From positions 44,116,569 through 44,180,568 of the forward strand of contig NC_069000.1 in the NCBI RefSeq assembly GCF_001194135.2: a stretch of 64,000 bases of DNA, written 5' to 3'. Positions within the stretch are counted from its first letter, which is position 1. Every line of letters starts with the position of its first letter. The position numbers and the translations under genes are program-made. The stretch comes from Octopus bimaculoides. Taxonomy: Eukaryota. The notes below the pieces were generated by a model. That model was not told the origin of the DNA. It saw only the letters and a program-made list of their open reading frames with translations, and ran no database searches. This document shows positions 26,796-40,577 of the stretch, in pieces.

Positions 26796-26852
<57 letters not shown>

Positions 26853-26992
26853 NNNNNNNNNNNNNNNNNNNNNNNNNNNNNNNNNNNNNNNNNNNNNNNN
26901 NNNNNNNNNNNNNNNNNNNNNNNNNNNNNNNNNNNNNNNNNNNNNNNNNNNNNNNNNNNNNNNNNNNNNNNNNNNNNNNNNNNNNNNNNNNN

Positions 26993-27042
<50 letters not shown>

Positions 27043-27347
27043 ACGTGTGTGTGTATATGTAAAATTATCTAGCAAGGCAGAGGTAGATATAATCGACACA
27101 TTTGATGGTCTCAACTGTGAAGAACTAGCACTGATGTTATGTTCAAATAAGTAGAATATAAATTCATTCCATTTCACATATTTTCCTGTGTTACCCAATC
27201 AATCAACACATACACACACACACACAGATAACATACAATACATATGCACACAGACAGACAGTGTGTAAGAGTCAAGTGGTGGAGACAGTGAGTGCAGAAA
27301 TCTGCTTACTCACCAAGAGAGAATAGCAAAAACAGCAAACACTTTAA

Positions 27348-27572
27348 CCCCTTTCCATACCAACCCAGCTGAAACCACCTCTGGGCTCTGTAGTACAAAT
27401 GTCTTGCTTTCATAAGTTCTGAATTAAAATCTTCCACCAAACCTTAGTCACAATTTATGTTCCTAACACTAGCTTAATGATAACAGAGTTATTTTACTAA
27501 ATTCTTTGTTATATTTAAAATTAATTGAAAAAAAAAACAGAGCATCTCAACAGAAATATGGCAATGAAAGGG
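27348..27572. mobile_element. TTAA-flanked (piggyBac-like) MITE
   Basis: TTAA|CCC..GGG|TTAA, with TTAA at 27344-27347 and 27573-27576 and a short inverted end CCCTTTC/GAAAGGG. Confidence 0.8.
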
Positions 27573-27609
27573 TTAAGAGACCTGTGAAGATTTATACAAC
27601 TGTTGCTTG

Positions 27610-27662
<53 letters not shown>

Positions 27663-28319
27663 GCTATGGCAATGGCTAAGAGCAAATAAATGTAATATAG
27701 ACACAGAGTGAGAAAAGGGACAAAGTGAGAGAGAAGAGAAGAAAGCAAAGAGATGCAAAGGAGGAAAAGAGAGAGAGAGAGAGAGAGAGAGAGCAATTTA
27801 CATAGATGCAATTTATGTTAATTATTCTACATCGATTTTAGAGGCAAGGAAGAAGAAAAATTTTCACACCATATTGGTTGGTGGTTTGTGCCGATAGACT
27901 TGTCAAACAACTCCTCGACAATCTACTGTCCATTTTCCATCTTGATAGTCTTGTTCACTTGTCTATCTAGCTAAAAATCGACTCATGTGTGTGTATATGC
28001 ATAGCTATATATATCAAACATAAGTACATGCATATAGCATACATATATGTATGTGTATATATGTATATATTATAGACATACTCAAACACATATAGATACA
28101 TGTATATATTATACATATACACAAACATACAGTGGTGTGTGTGTATATATATATATATATATATTACATACAACACATATCATAGGCACCAGCATATCCA
28201 TGTGGTTAAATTTACTTAATTAATCACCTGGTTCTGTGTTCAATCCATCATGGCAGCACCACAAACAAATGTCTTATTTTCTTGTAGCCTCCAGCTACAG
28301 AAAGGAATTTGGTTGTTTT

Positions 28320-28500
28320 TTTTAACCCCAGGTCAGCCCTGACTGAACAGGCCTAGGATCAAAAACGACATTCCAGCTGTGAACATGGCATATCGTTTTA
28401 CTATACACATGGTTTCCAACATGTCCTAGTAGGAGATGGTTATAGTATGATGTGAGGGAAACTTGACTGCCATTTCCAGGATGCCAGTCGATCACATAAG
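28320..28500 (+). mobile_element. Unclassified interspersed repeat (family G)
   Basis: Homologous to 1985-2170. Confidence 0.55.
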
Positions 28501-29807
28501 TTCCCTTGCAGACAGAAACCATGCAGCAACCAGTAGTGTGCGCACACACACGCACACGTGTGTGTATCTATCTATCTATAAGCAGATGAACTGAAACGAG
28601 TATCATGGCAGGCTTGAAAATTGTGAAGAGATTCCTACTTAAATGATAGCTTTGTTAACCCAATAAATAGAAAGAATAAAAAATATCCACTAAAGCAGTG
28701 TTGGGTACTTATTTTCACTGTTCGATATTACCATGTATGTACGTGTGCATTTATCTATATCTATATATATATATATAGTCAGTAAATAGTGGGGTTGTGT
28801 TAACCACACGTGGAGAAATAATAGGAAAATGAAAAATAATAATAGGCAGAATGCTAAACTGGAAGCATATTTGAATAAAGATTTCTAACCGGCTTTCATG
28901 GCGAACCAAATTTTCAAGAAGAGGGAGAATGAAAATGTTTTTTACAAAGAAGTACAAAATGAAGAAAATAATATATAAAAAAAAATAAGATATAAAAAAA
29001 TAAATATACCAATACATTATATTGTCTTTGAGCTTTTGAAGTTCAATGGTAATTCATGTATATAATGGTTGGAAAAATAAGGATGCATGAGANNNNNNNN
29101 NNNNNNNNNNNNNNNNNNNNNNNNNNNNNNNNNNNNNNNNNNNNNNNNNNNNNNNNNNNNNNNNNNNNNNNNNNNNNNNNNNNNNNNNNNNNNNNNNNNN
29201 NNNNNNNNNNNNNNNNNNNNNNNNNNNNNNNNNNNNNNNNNNNNNNNNNNNNNNNNNNNNNNNNNNNNNNNNNNNNNNNNNNNNNNNNNNNNNNNNNNNN
29301 NNNNNNNNNNNNNNNNNNNNNNNNNNNNNNNNNNNNNNNNNNNNNNNNNNNNNNNNNNNNNNNNNNNNNNNNNNNNNNNNNNNNNNNNNNNNNNNNNNNN
29401 NNNNNNNNNNNNNNNNNNNNNNNNNNNNNNNNNNNNNNNNNNNNNNNNNNNNNNNNNNNNNNNNNNNNNNNNNNNNNNNNNNNNNNNNNNNNNNNNNNNN
29501 NNNNNNNNNNNNNNNNNNNNNNNNNNNNNNNNNNNNNNNNNNNNNNNNNNNNNNNNNNNNNNNNNNNNNNNNNNNNNNNNNNNNNNNNNNNNNNNNNNNN
29601 NNNNNNNNNNNNNNNNNNNNNNNNNNNNNNNNNNNNNNNNNNNNNNNNNNNNNNNNNNNNNNNNNNNNNNNNNNNNNNNNNNNNNNNNNNNNNNNNNNNN
29701 NNNNNNNNNNNNNNNNNNNNNNNNNNNNNNNNNNNNNNNNNNNNNNNNNNNNNNNNNNNNNNNNNNNNNNNNNNNNNNNNNNNNNNNNNNNNNNNNNNNN
29801 NNNNNNN

Positions 29808-29864
<57 letters not shown>

Positions 29865-29921
29865 TAGAGAAAGAGAGAAAGAGAGAAAGAGAGAGAGAGA
29901 AAGAGTATCTTGTGTGTACAG

Positions 29922-30047
29922 TTAGACATTGTCACTGGTGGGTTCAGAGCTTCAAGTAGATTATCATTATCCGGCTCACTTCCTGGGGTCACTACTGTAC
30001 TCATTAGAATTATGGGTTATGATGCACAAAGCAAATGTAGGAAAAAA
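29922..30047 (+). CDS. Candidate coding exon, unknown product
   Basis: Two open frames are bounded by alternative acceptors (exon start 29922 or 29926) and donors (GT at 30037 or 30048). Each is phase-compatible with 30250-30370. Confidence 0.25.
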
Positions 30048-30249
30048 GTATGATAATATCACGAGATGCAGTTTATTTCATTTGTTCCCTACATCTGTTT
30101 CACTCTCATTAACTGCATCTGCAGCAGTGGGTGCCCCAAATGCAAGTGAATACTGACCCCAACAACAGTTCTTTAAGGAAACACTTTCTTGCAATATGCT
30201 TAGACAGATGAAATGCAGGGATCTTTTTCTCCTTGTATTTTTACCACAG

Positions 30250-30370
30250 ATCGAAACCAATTTGCTTTTCAGGACGCTTTTACCCTTGTGGAAAAGTTTC
30301 AGCATTGGAACCCACATACAGCTGTCAAGACTATATTCATAGAACATTTTTGCTCCTTCTTCTCTTCCAT
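30250..30370 (+). CDS. Candidate coding exon, unknown product
   Basis: Strong acceptor CTTTTTCTCCTTGTATTTTTACCACAG| and donor CAT|GTAAGG enclose 121 nt with two open frames. Confidence 0.35.
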
Positions 30371-30860
30371 GTAAGGAGTTAGGTTTTTTTTTTTTTTTAA
30401 CCTTAGTCTTAGCTTTGGGTTTAGTCCCACTACACAACACCTTGGGCAAGTGTTTTTCAACAGTAGTCCTGGGCCAACCAAACCATGAGAGGGCATTTCG
30501 TAGTTGAGAACCAAAATAAGCTTGTCTTTTGTGTTTGTTTACATTCATGCTTCTCGGAAAAATCATTCAGTTATGTGCAGTGATGTTGCTGTTATTTTAA
30601 AAAATTTTTCTATAGATAAACTGTCCGTTGGTTTAATGTATTTGAAATGAGTAGAGATCGATAAAGAAGGTATCCGATTGAAATGAGTAAAGGGGCCCAC
30701 TTTGATCGACCTTCAATTCAAGGCAGTGCTCCAGCTTGACCACAGCACAATTACTACAAAGCGATAAAAGAACTAAAAAAAAACCAAACAGATAGGTGTG
30801 TTTTTGTTTCCTTTAATATGTAAAAATAAGGGGAGAGGTGTATTGCAAATAGGCCCTTAA

Positions 30861-31050
30861 CCCTTGATGCCATACTTCTACTGATGAATTCTGCCTTTGT
30901 TTTAGCAAAATAACCGTTACTATTAAGCTGGTGTTTGGAACAGAAATTAACACGAAATTTTGATATAAACTTTAAATTTGCATCACTTTCAAACAGGAAA
31001 GTCTGAGTCCAGAATGAGAAATGGTCACAAGCAGGTCAATATCAAAAGAG
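30861..31050. mobile_element. TTAA-type MITE, degraded
   Basis: TTAA|CCCTT start and internal ATTAAGCTGGTGTTTG are shared with 56503-56726. The end reads AAAAGAG|TTTA. Confidence 0.6.
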
Positions 31051-31300
31051 TTTAGAGCCAACGTTTAGTTAGCTCAGGTTTTATAGCTTGAACCTAGATG
31101 AGACTAAACTCTGGTTTTAATGTAGAATATTGTGCTCTGTTCCTGGGGGCAGGAAATGCCACCAGCAGACTTGAAGCAAATGCCTATGTCTTTGAGCAGG
31201 TAGGTGACAATATTCTACCCAGTAACCTTATCTCACCTCTATTTTGTGTTATGAAAAGGAAAAAAAAAAATTTAAAGAAACACTTAGAAGGAAAAATATG

Positions 31301-31347
<47 letters not shown>

Positions 31348-31653
31348 GAGAGTGATGTTTGTGAGCATGTTGAAGGGGGGAGATCAGACAGGTGTGAGGT
31401 AGAGAGGTATGTTAAAGAGAGAGAGAAAATGAGAGATGAGTGGTGGGGAGAGAGTGAGAGATAAGTAGATAGCTAAATAGATAAAAACACAGTGGAGGAG
31501 GGAGGCTTGTGATGAGAGGCATCGAGTTGCTTGAAAGAAGTGGTAGGACTTGATTAAGAGATTAAGCCAGGTTTATTTGCATAATTAAAACAGCTGCTTC
31601 AAGAACATCAATAGGGAGGGGGGGGGAACGATTATTTACATACGCAACATACA

Positions 31654-31687
<34 letters not shown>

Positions 31688-31942
31688 AAATTATTACTGA
31701 AGACGAAATTGTCCCCCCCCTCCACTTACTTTTATGGGTGGTCGAACAGGTGGGTACAGAACCGTGTTTAGTTGTTGGGCAACATGAGGGAGGATGGAAC
31801 AGGGTATATGTGGGTGTATACACACATGTGAGTATACATATATGTGTATACATGTGCGCATATATATCGTCTATCTTTTACTTATTTCGGTCATCAGAAT
31901 GCGGCCGTTGTGGAGGACTGCCTGGAGGAATTATATACATAT

Positions 31943-31983
<41 letters not shown>

Positions 31984-31990
31984 TATATAC

Positions 31991-32130
31991 TGGTTTCAAA
32001 TTTTGGTACAAGGCCAGCAATTTTGGGGGGAGGGGGGAATTAATTTCACCAACCATAATGTTCAGCTGGTAGTTCTTTTATTGACCCCCAAAAGGATGAA
32101 AAGCGAAGTCAGCCTCAGCAGGATTTGAAC
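31991..32130 (-). mobile_element. SINE family A, partial
   Basis: GGTACAAGGCCAGCAATTTTGGGG..TTGACCCCAAAAGGATGAAAAG..GGATTTGAACC. Confidence 0.75.
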
Positions 32131-32271
32131 CCGATATCTACACACATATTAAACTGAGGTTAGTATTATAGATCTACTTGAGGCATAACAATGGAACCTT
32201 AACTGGTAGCGGGGACTCAATACTGAGAATAGGGTCAAATTCATTGTAAAGTTCATGTTGACTGGGACTTC

Positions 32272-32318
<47 letters not shown>

Positions 32319-33296
32319 GTGAATGTGAGTGATCCTGTGGTTAATTTCACTTTGCGACAATAAAGTCCCCAGTTCAATTGCACACTGTGGCCTTTGAACA
32401 GGTGTCCTTTACCACTGCCTGAGATCAAACCCAAAACTTGTGCATGAATTTAGGTAGATGGAAACTGGGGGGAAGCCCACAAAAGGGTGGATTGTGTTTG
32501 TTTGTAATTGAAAAGGCTGACTGTCATATACTGTGGAAGAGACTTAGTAATTCTTCCTGAAGATTNNNNNNNNNNNNNNNNNNNNNNNNNNNNNNNNNNN
32601 NNNNNNNNNNNNNNNNNNNNNNNNNNNNNNNNNNNNNNNNNNNNNNNNNNNNNNNNNNNNNNNNNNNNNNNNNNNNNNNNNNNNNNNNNNNNNNNNNNNN
32701 NNNNNNNNNNNNNNNNNNNNNNNNNNNNNNNNNNNNNNNNNNNNNNNNNNNNNNNNNNNNNNNNNNNNNNNNNNNNNNNNNNNNNNNNNNNNNNNNNNNN
32801 NNNNNNNNNNNNNNNNNNNNNNNNNNNNNNNNNNNNNNNNNNNNNNNNNNNNNNNNNNNNNNNNNNNNNNNNNNNNNNNNNNNNNNNNNNNNNNNNNNNN
32901 NNNNNNNNNNNNNNNNNNNNNNNNNNNNNNNNNNNNNNNNNNNNNNNNNNNNNNNNNNNNNNNNNNNNNNNNNNNNNNNNNNNNNNNNNNNNNNNNNNNN
33001 NNNNNNNNNNNNNNNNNNNNNNNNNNNNNNNNNNNNNNNNNNNNNNNNNNNNNNNNNNNNNNNNNNNNNNNNNNNNNNNNNNNNNNNNNNNNNNNNNNNN
33101 AAAAAAAAAAAAAAAAAAAAAAAATTGAATAGTGTTCAGTCAACGGTCAAGTGTGGAGAGAGGGGGATAGTTAGAGAAATGAAAAGATGAAGTGGATTTA
33201 AAGATAGACAAGGCATAGATGAAGAGATATGACACAAATATCACATATACGTGGGAGAGAGGGGTGTGTAGAGAGAGGGGGTAGAGAGGGAAGGAG

Positions 33297-33327
<31 letters not shown>

Positions 33328-33439
33328 GGAGTTAGATGATTCAGATGATGATCTAAGTGGGTTTATTTCAGAAATGTTTGTGTGAGGGAAGGTTACAATA
33401 CATCAGATGTTTGCCTCTTATCATACACACAAATACATG

Positions 33440-33477
<38 letters not shown>

Positions 33478-33741
33478 CATATATGCGTGTTATTGTGTGT
33501 GCATGTGTGTGTTTATACATGCACTAAAGTATTTATGCGTATGTGCTTGTGAGTGAAAAAAAATCTGTCATATGTACTAATCAACTTAAAAGCTAATTAA
33601 ACATTTCCTCAAACGCGCACACACTTCACCACCACCACCACCACCACCGCCACCACCACACTCCTCCATCCCCATACACACATAACCACTTGTGATGAAG
33701 TCCTGTCAAACGATGCATGATGGCTTTGTGAATAACTAACC

Positions 33742-34268
33742 CAGTGCTTCCCAACCATTTTCACGACCAAGGAACCCCATCAGAATTAATTTTCCCATGA
33801 ACCCCCAACCGTCTACTCAATAAACTCATTTTATTAAACCAACAACAAACTCATTTTCCCACTTTCATATATTATATATACATATATATATATACACACA
33901 CATACAATATATATATTTATACATACACACACATACGATATATATATATATACATACACACATATAGACACACACAATTATATATATATACACACATACA
34001 TACAGATATAATGTATATATAAATATATGCATACGTTAACATGTGTGTTTGTGTACGTGTGTGTGTGTGTGTGTGTATAATATATATATATATATATATA
34101 TATACGCACACACATCTATAATTATATGTAATTAAGTAATTATTCATTTTACACCAACACACTATATCCTTTCATAATTTCAAACATAGCACACAAACCT
34201 TCTCCACCCCCACTCCAGTTCTCTTCCCGCACACCCCCACCCACCCAGCACCAATTTGAAAACCACTG
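33742..34268. mobile_element. Possible hAT-type MITE
   Basis: CAGTGCTTCCCAACC at the left and TTTGAAAACCACTG at the right; no matching 8-bp TSD was found. Confidence 0.3.
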
Positions 34269-35745
34269 AACCAAGTTTTTATAGCAAACCATAAATTATG
34301 GTTGGATGAAGAACAGTGCAAGAATGTTGCTGCTTCAGGGATGGAACTAAGGAAGAATGCCAACAACTTACAGGAATTGAATTGCATATTTATGCTGTTA
34401 CAAATCAGTGGTGATTCAGAGAAAGACTAGAAAACTAAGCAAAGCATGCACACCACCACATCACACAAAATATGCCACGTGGAGCTAATAAGGAAGTGTC
34501 TATGCAGTTTATTAAAAAAACAGCCCAAAATTTTAATTCATCTTAAATTGTAAGTTTCTATTTTACACAAGGGAAGAAGATACATTTTATAACGTAGTGA
34601 AGGGGCACTATGGCTGAAACAGATGGAAGGGTCGAGGGTGGAATGCTTCTGATTGTAGGTGTGTTTGAGGTTCAACAATATCAAAATGCTTCAGACCAAG
34701 TACTCCATACGTACACAACTCATCTACTGCTGACAACATTGCCCTCAATAACCCCTATGTTCCCAATGGATCATAATTCACCCACAACAAAACCCACCTA
34801 TTTTAACTGATTTTATGGCAAACGTGACTTTGTGAAATTTGAACTTAAAACATGCAAGGTTACAAACTAAATAACTCTTTCTGCTACTTCACCATCACCA
34901 CCAACAACAGCTATTAATTTAGGTGCATGGCCTACAACTTTTTAGGGAGAAGACCCTAACCGATTAAATCGATCTCATTACCAGCCATTAGTTTGTGCCA
35001 GTTGCTGTCAAGACCTCAGGTGGTCTCAGTCCCCACATTGCAGATTCCCTCCAGAAAATAAAGATAACTGAAGCCTGTCCAAGAACCAAGCCCCATGAGG
35101 TGGGGTGGCTGCTACAGTGAGTGGCACTGGCCATTCTCTGCAGCAATAACTTTGCAATTATTTCTGCGAGGCACGGCTAAACGTGCCATTTATTCTGGAG
35201 TGTACAACCCATTACTTCCGCCCACCCATCATCTGCTACTTAATCCCTACTTTCTGTTTTTACTTCGTTTCCTTGATGAGATAGTTATGGATTCCCCACT
35301 CTCAATAATTTAATTCATTATACTTTGAATGCATTTTATTTTTATTTTATTTTCTTCTTGTAAAAATTTGTCATTAATAAAATGTAATTTCATTACTTGA
35401 CAGGTACTTCATTTTATTGGCCCCAGCGAGATGAAAGGTGAAACTGACCTTGGTAGGACTTCAGCTCAGAACGGAAAGTGCTGAATGGAAAAGTCACTAG
35501 GCACATACTGACGATTCTGCCAGCTTGTTATCTTCTTAATGAGAATATTTTCCATTGGACACAGTCACAAATTTAAAAGCAGCAATTAATGATGACGGCA
35601 GCAATTATCGCAAAGATGAAAGCAGCTATTAGTAGTGTGACGAGAACTATTGAGCTGACAATGACAAGGAACAAGAGTAATGGTGCGGATGGCAAAGGAG
35701 GGTTGATGAAACGATGACAGTTAACATGGGTTACAATGGTAAATC

Positions 35746-36113
35746 CTTTATCTTTTACTTGTTTCAGTCATCAAATGGCAGCCATCCTGGGGCATCAGGT
35801 TGAAGAATTTTGAGTCAAACAAGTCAACCACAGAACTTATGTTTTTTTAAGCCTGGAACTTATTCTATTGGTCTTCTTTTGCCAAACCACTAAGTTATGG
35901 GGATGTAAACACACCAACACCGGTTGTCAAGCAGTGGTGGAGGACAAACACAGAAATACATATGTGCAAGAGGGACTTCTTTCAGTTTCCATTTACCAAA
36001 TTCATTTGAAAGGCTTTAAATGGCCCGAGGCTATATTAGAAGACACTTGCCCAAGGTACCATGCAGTGGGACTGAACCTAGAACCATGTGGTTGGTGGGA
36101 AGCAAAATTCTAA
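35746..36113 (-). mobile_element. SINE family B, full length
   Basis: All family B blocks are present in reverse orientation. Confidence 0.9.
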
Positions 36114-36314
36114 CAAACAAAAAAAAAAGGGGGGGTGACATTGACAAAGAAATGTCTGATGATGAAAAGAATGAAGATAACGACTATGGAAAATATAATT
36201 AATGATGAAACAGCACTTAACTACAGTAATGAGAAAATATGATGGAATAAATTATAACGAGGTGAATATGATAGAAGAATTATTAGGAATTTTAATTTTT
36301 AGTATTTTATATTA

Positions 36315-36385
36315 TCATCATCATCGTTTAACGTCTGCTTTCCATGCTGGCATGGGATGGACAGTTTGACTGAGGACTGCCGGGA
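36315..36385 (-). mobile_element. Family C extreme 3' end
   Basis: ATCATCATCGTTTAACGTCTGCTTTCCATGCTGGCATGGG. Confidence 0.75.
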
Positions 36386-36439
36386 ACGACGTTGTCGCTC
36401 ATGCTTTCTGCACTCGTCGGTTTCATCTTTTTCTTTTCT

Positions 36440-36620
36440 TTCTGATAAAAGGCAAAGACAGTACCCAAGACCCTTCTCCAAGGGATCTGACACAAATGGG
36501 AGAAAGAAGGAGGGATGGAGAGAAGGCACCCTGAAACGTTATAGGGACCAGGTCTGAAAGTTTACAACAGAGTAGCCCCCCACTAAAAGCACCTGACGAG
36601 GGACCGAATGGAGCTGTTAA
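36440..36620 (+). mobile_element. Possible RTE-type C-terminal relic
   Basis: GTLKRYRDQV reading and nucleotide similarity to 14279-14430 (GAGAAGGCACCCT). Confidence 0.3.
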
Positions 36621-36922
36621 AACAGGGTGGCAGGTTAAGGCCATCACTTAAAACAGGGGTCAGGCAACTTTTTAAATCAATTACCCCCCAAAATACATTT
36701 ATTTATGCAGACATTACCCCCTTGATTCGAAAGGGAGAAAATCAGAGATAACAAAGAACACGTTTTTTATATATAATTTTACTTATGTCTAATCAGTCCC
36801 CAAGAATTTTAATTTACCCCGGTTCGCCAACACCTGGCATAAAAGGACCACAATGATGACAGAACATTTAGAATAGTCAAGGTGGTTATGGTGACACAGC
36901 TTTAACAAGGACAATGAAATGA

Positions 36923-36953
<31 letters not shown>

Positions 36954-37480
36954 GTTATAGATGATTTTAAAAAGCTTAATTAGAATGAGAGAATAGCAAC
37001 AGTGACAATGAAATATAACGAACATGGTGGTGACGATGCAAAGGAAGACCATGCTGATTATGAAGAAGACAGAATGGTCAGTTGAAGGACAATGAAATGA
37101 CAAAACACTTGTGACAGTTACGACATCCGATAACAATATAAAGAGGCGATAACCAAAAGTGGAGATGATGGTGATGACAAACAGCAGTCAGTTGTTTACT
37201 AACCTCATTACCTAACACATTATGGACAAATTATTATTTGGAAAAAGGAAGAAAGAAAATGTAGTGTTTGTATGTATGAGTGTATGTGTGTGTGTGTATA
37301 CACACACACACACACACATTCACATGCATACACATCTGTCATGTTCACTGATGTGGGTTCATGTCCCACGGACTGCCATTGACTTTTTCCAAACCAAGGG
37401 ATTTTTAACTTCATGTTTTAGAAGCTTAGTTTTGTAGCTTTAGCCACTTCAAGTTCCACCATGATTTATATACACACACA

Positions 37481-37568
37481 AAGTGAAAGGGGTACAGTGA
37501 ACTTGCTGTGACTAATGGAATATCCAATGTTTCGGATGTAATTCTTCATCACTGTACTCCTTTCACTT
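37481..37568. repeat. Inverted repeat, 20-bp arms (19/20 match), 48-nt spacer
   Basis: AAGTGAAAGGGGTACAGTGA (37481-37500) versus TCACTGTACTCCTTTCACTT (37549-37568). Confidence 0.9.
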
Positions 37569-37739
37569 GTTTCCATATTTTTTTCAAGTCTTGCCAACAC
37601 AGAGCTACAAGATTCCTTGTAGTTTGCCTATATATACACATATATATACATACACACATACATATAATCCTTTTGGAGTTGATTGAGTACCAGTCAAGTA
37701 GAATGGTCAATGGTGTCCACTAACCCTTGTCCCTTTGTA

Positions 37740-37791
<52 letters not shown>

Positions 37792-38725
37792 GTTGCATGT
37801 TGTGTGATACAGCAAATTAGCATTTATCTGATGTAAAACTCANNNNNNNNNNNNNNNNNNNNNNNNNNNNNNNNNNNNNNNNNNNNNNNNNNNNNNNNNN
37901 NNNNNNNNNNNNNNNNNNNNNNNNNNNNNNNNNNNNNNNNNNNNNNNNNNNNNNNNNNNNNNNNNNNNNNNNNNNNNNNNNNNNNNNNNNNNNNNNNNNN
38001 NNNNNNNNNNNNNNNNNNNNNNNNNNNNNNNNNNNNNNNNNNNNNNNNNNNNNNNNNNNNNNNNNNNNNNNNNNNNNNNNNNNNNNNNNNNNNNNNNNNN
38101 NNNNNNNNNNNNNNNNNNNNNNNNNNNNNNNNNNNNNNNNNNNNNNNNNNNNNNNNNNNNNNNNNNNNNNNNNNNNNNNNNNNNNNNNNNNNNNNNNNNN
38201 NNNNNNNNNNNNNNNNNNNNNNNNNNNNNNNNNNNNNNNNNNNNNNNNNNNNNNNNNNNNNNNNNNNNNNNNNNNNNNNNNNNNNNNNNNNNNNNNNNNN
38301 NNNNNNNNNNNNNNNNNNNNNNNNNNNNNNNNNNNNNNNNNNNNNNNNNNNNNNNNNNNNNNNNNNNNNNNNNNNNNNNNNNNNNNNNNNNNNNNNNNNN
38401 NNNNNNNNNNNNNNNNNNNNNNNNNNNNNNNNNNNNNNNNNNNNNNNNNNNNNNNNNNNNNNNNNNNNNNNNNNNNNNNNNNNNNNNNNNNNNNNNNNNN
38501 NNNNNNNNNNNNNNNNNNNNNNNNNNNNNNNNNNNNNNNNNNNNNNNNNNNNNNNNNNNNNNNNNNNNNNNNNNNNNNNNNNNNNNNNNNNNNNNNNNNN
38601 NNNNNNNNNNNNNNNNNNATATCAAAGGGCTGCGTGTGAGTGGAAAGAATAGGATTTATATTTATCAGATTATGTGATAAAAGAGAACTGTGTATATATA
38701 TATATAATGAAAGAGAGGTGTGCGT

Positions 38726-38773
<48 letters not shown>

Positions 38774-39487
38774 GGAATTATATTTTAGTTAGAGACTTGT
38801 GTACAACAAAGGGGAATGCATTTTTTTTTTTTCACCAGAGAAATGACGGATCTGTGTGAAGGGGTATATATTTGTCAAAGACTGTATGTGTATAAACACA
38901 CCTAAGGAATATGTGTGCCTGTAACATTTCTGCTGTATGTAATTATATATCATATTACAGACTAGGAAATAAATGGTGTATGTCAGAGAGAGAGAGAGAG
39001 AAATGCCAAGATTGTATGCGTACACCTGTATGAATATGTGTTTGTGTGAGCAGTTGTAACACTGTGTGTAAGAGTTAGTAAGTGCATATGTGCAACACTG
39101 TGCAACAACAGCAGCAATGATCAATGAATGCGTGAGGAGTGTATTCAACAATATAAAGTACATACACACATATACACACACATATATATATATATATGCT
39201 GTAATGTATGAATGTGTGATCCTATACATGAACAAATGATCGATTAGTGCTTGAGTGTGTGTGTGTGTATGTGTGTGTGTAGTCAGAGCAGAGTTGGGAG
39301 GAGGTGGTGGTGGTGGTGGTGGAAGAAGAAGAGGAGGAGGAGGTGGAACAAGTGGTGAAGGAGTCGATGATGCCAGAAGGCATCATCGATTGGATGCAAA
39401 TAAAAGCTAGCAGTTGACTCACATTCACTGCAGCAACATCGATCTGGGATTGTGGTGGTATGAAGAGGCTGGTGAGCAGTTGTACAG

Positions 39488-39537
<50 letters not shown>

Positions 39538-39790
39538 GTGTGTGTGTGTGTGTGTAGGTGTTGTATGACTAAGAAGTTGCATGACTAGAAAGATGTGTGT
39601 ATGTGTGTGTGTAAGCAGAGAGATGTACAAAGAGCGTGTGACTAGGATGAAGTGTGTGTATATATGTGTATATACACAAACACATATATATTATGTATGA
39701 CTAGCAAGATGGATGAGTGTGTGTATAATGTATGACAAACAAAGATAAGGAGGTGTGTGTATATAATTTGTTGACTGCAGGATTATGTGA

Positions 39791-39825
<35 letters not shown>

Positions 39826-40544
39826 ATATAGTGTATGATTAGAGCTATATCTTGTGTGGTACAAGAGATGTATTTAGAGCCAATGTACACATATAGTCTG
39901 GGTGTATATATATATATATATACACACACACTCATATATGTATGGTAAGAGCATGAGGGGGGGAGGTGCCGGTGTATTCTCGTTGTTGTTGCTATCATCA
40001 ATGGTAATATAGGACCAAAAATAACCCCACTACATCAGTGAGGGAGAAAAAAAAAAATAAAGGGACAAACAAAAATCCTTCATCTGACTCCCTACTCTCC
40101 CCTTTTCTTCTTCTTACCACACACATTCAACAACTTCTGTATTTTTGTGCCCCCACCCCNNNNNNNNNNCATGCAGCTCCCTATTTTCAGCTTGTTCTTT
40201 TCCTCGCTCACTCCACCTCATTCAACATTTATATAAACCTACCTATTTACCTATCCGTCTATGAATATATTGACCTAGCTATCAATCTACCTTACCTAGC
40301 TACCAAGCAATCAATCTACCTCGTAGTCTACCTATCCAGCTATCTACTTTACCTACCTACCTATCTATTCCTCTCTCTCTCTCAATTTCAATCTCTCAGT
40401 ATCACTTGCTCTTTTATTTCTCTATCATGCAACACGCCCCTCTTATATCAATCAATCTATCTACCTCTCATACCCTCAGTATATATATATATATATACAC
40501 ACACATATACATACATACCTGGTACTTCTTCAATGTCTTTCCCT

Positions 40545-40577
<33 letters not shown>

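Noticed and set aside
35560-37200. Acidic protein-coding sequence in period-3 purine-rich stretches (also 59270-59460)
   Set aside because: These are degenerate (GAT/GAC/AAT)n simple sequence with frequent stops and no splice-bounded open frame.
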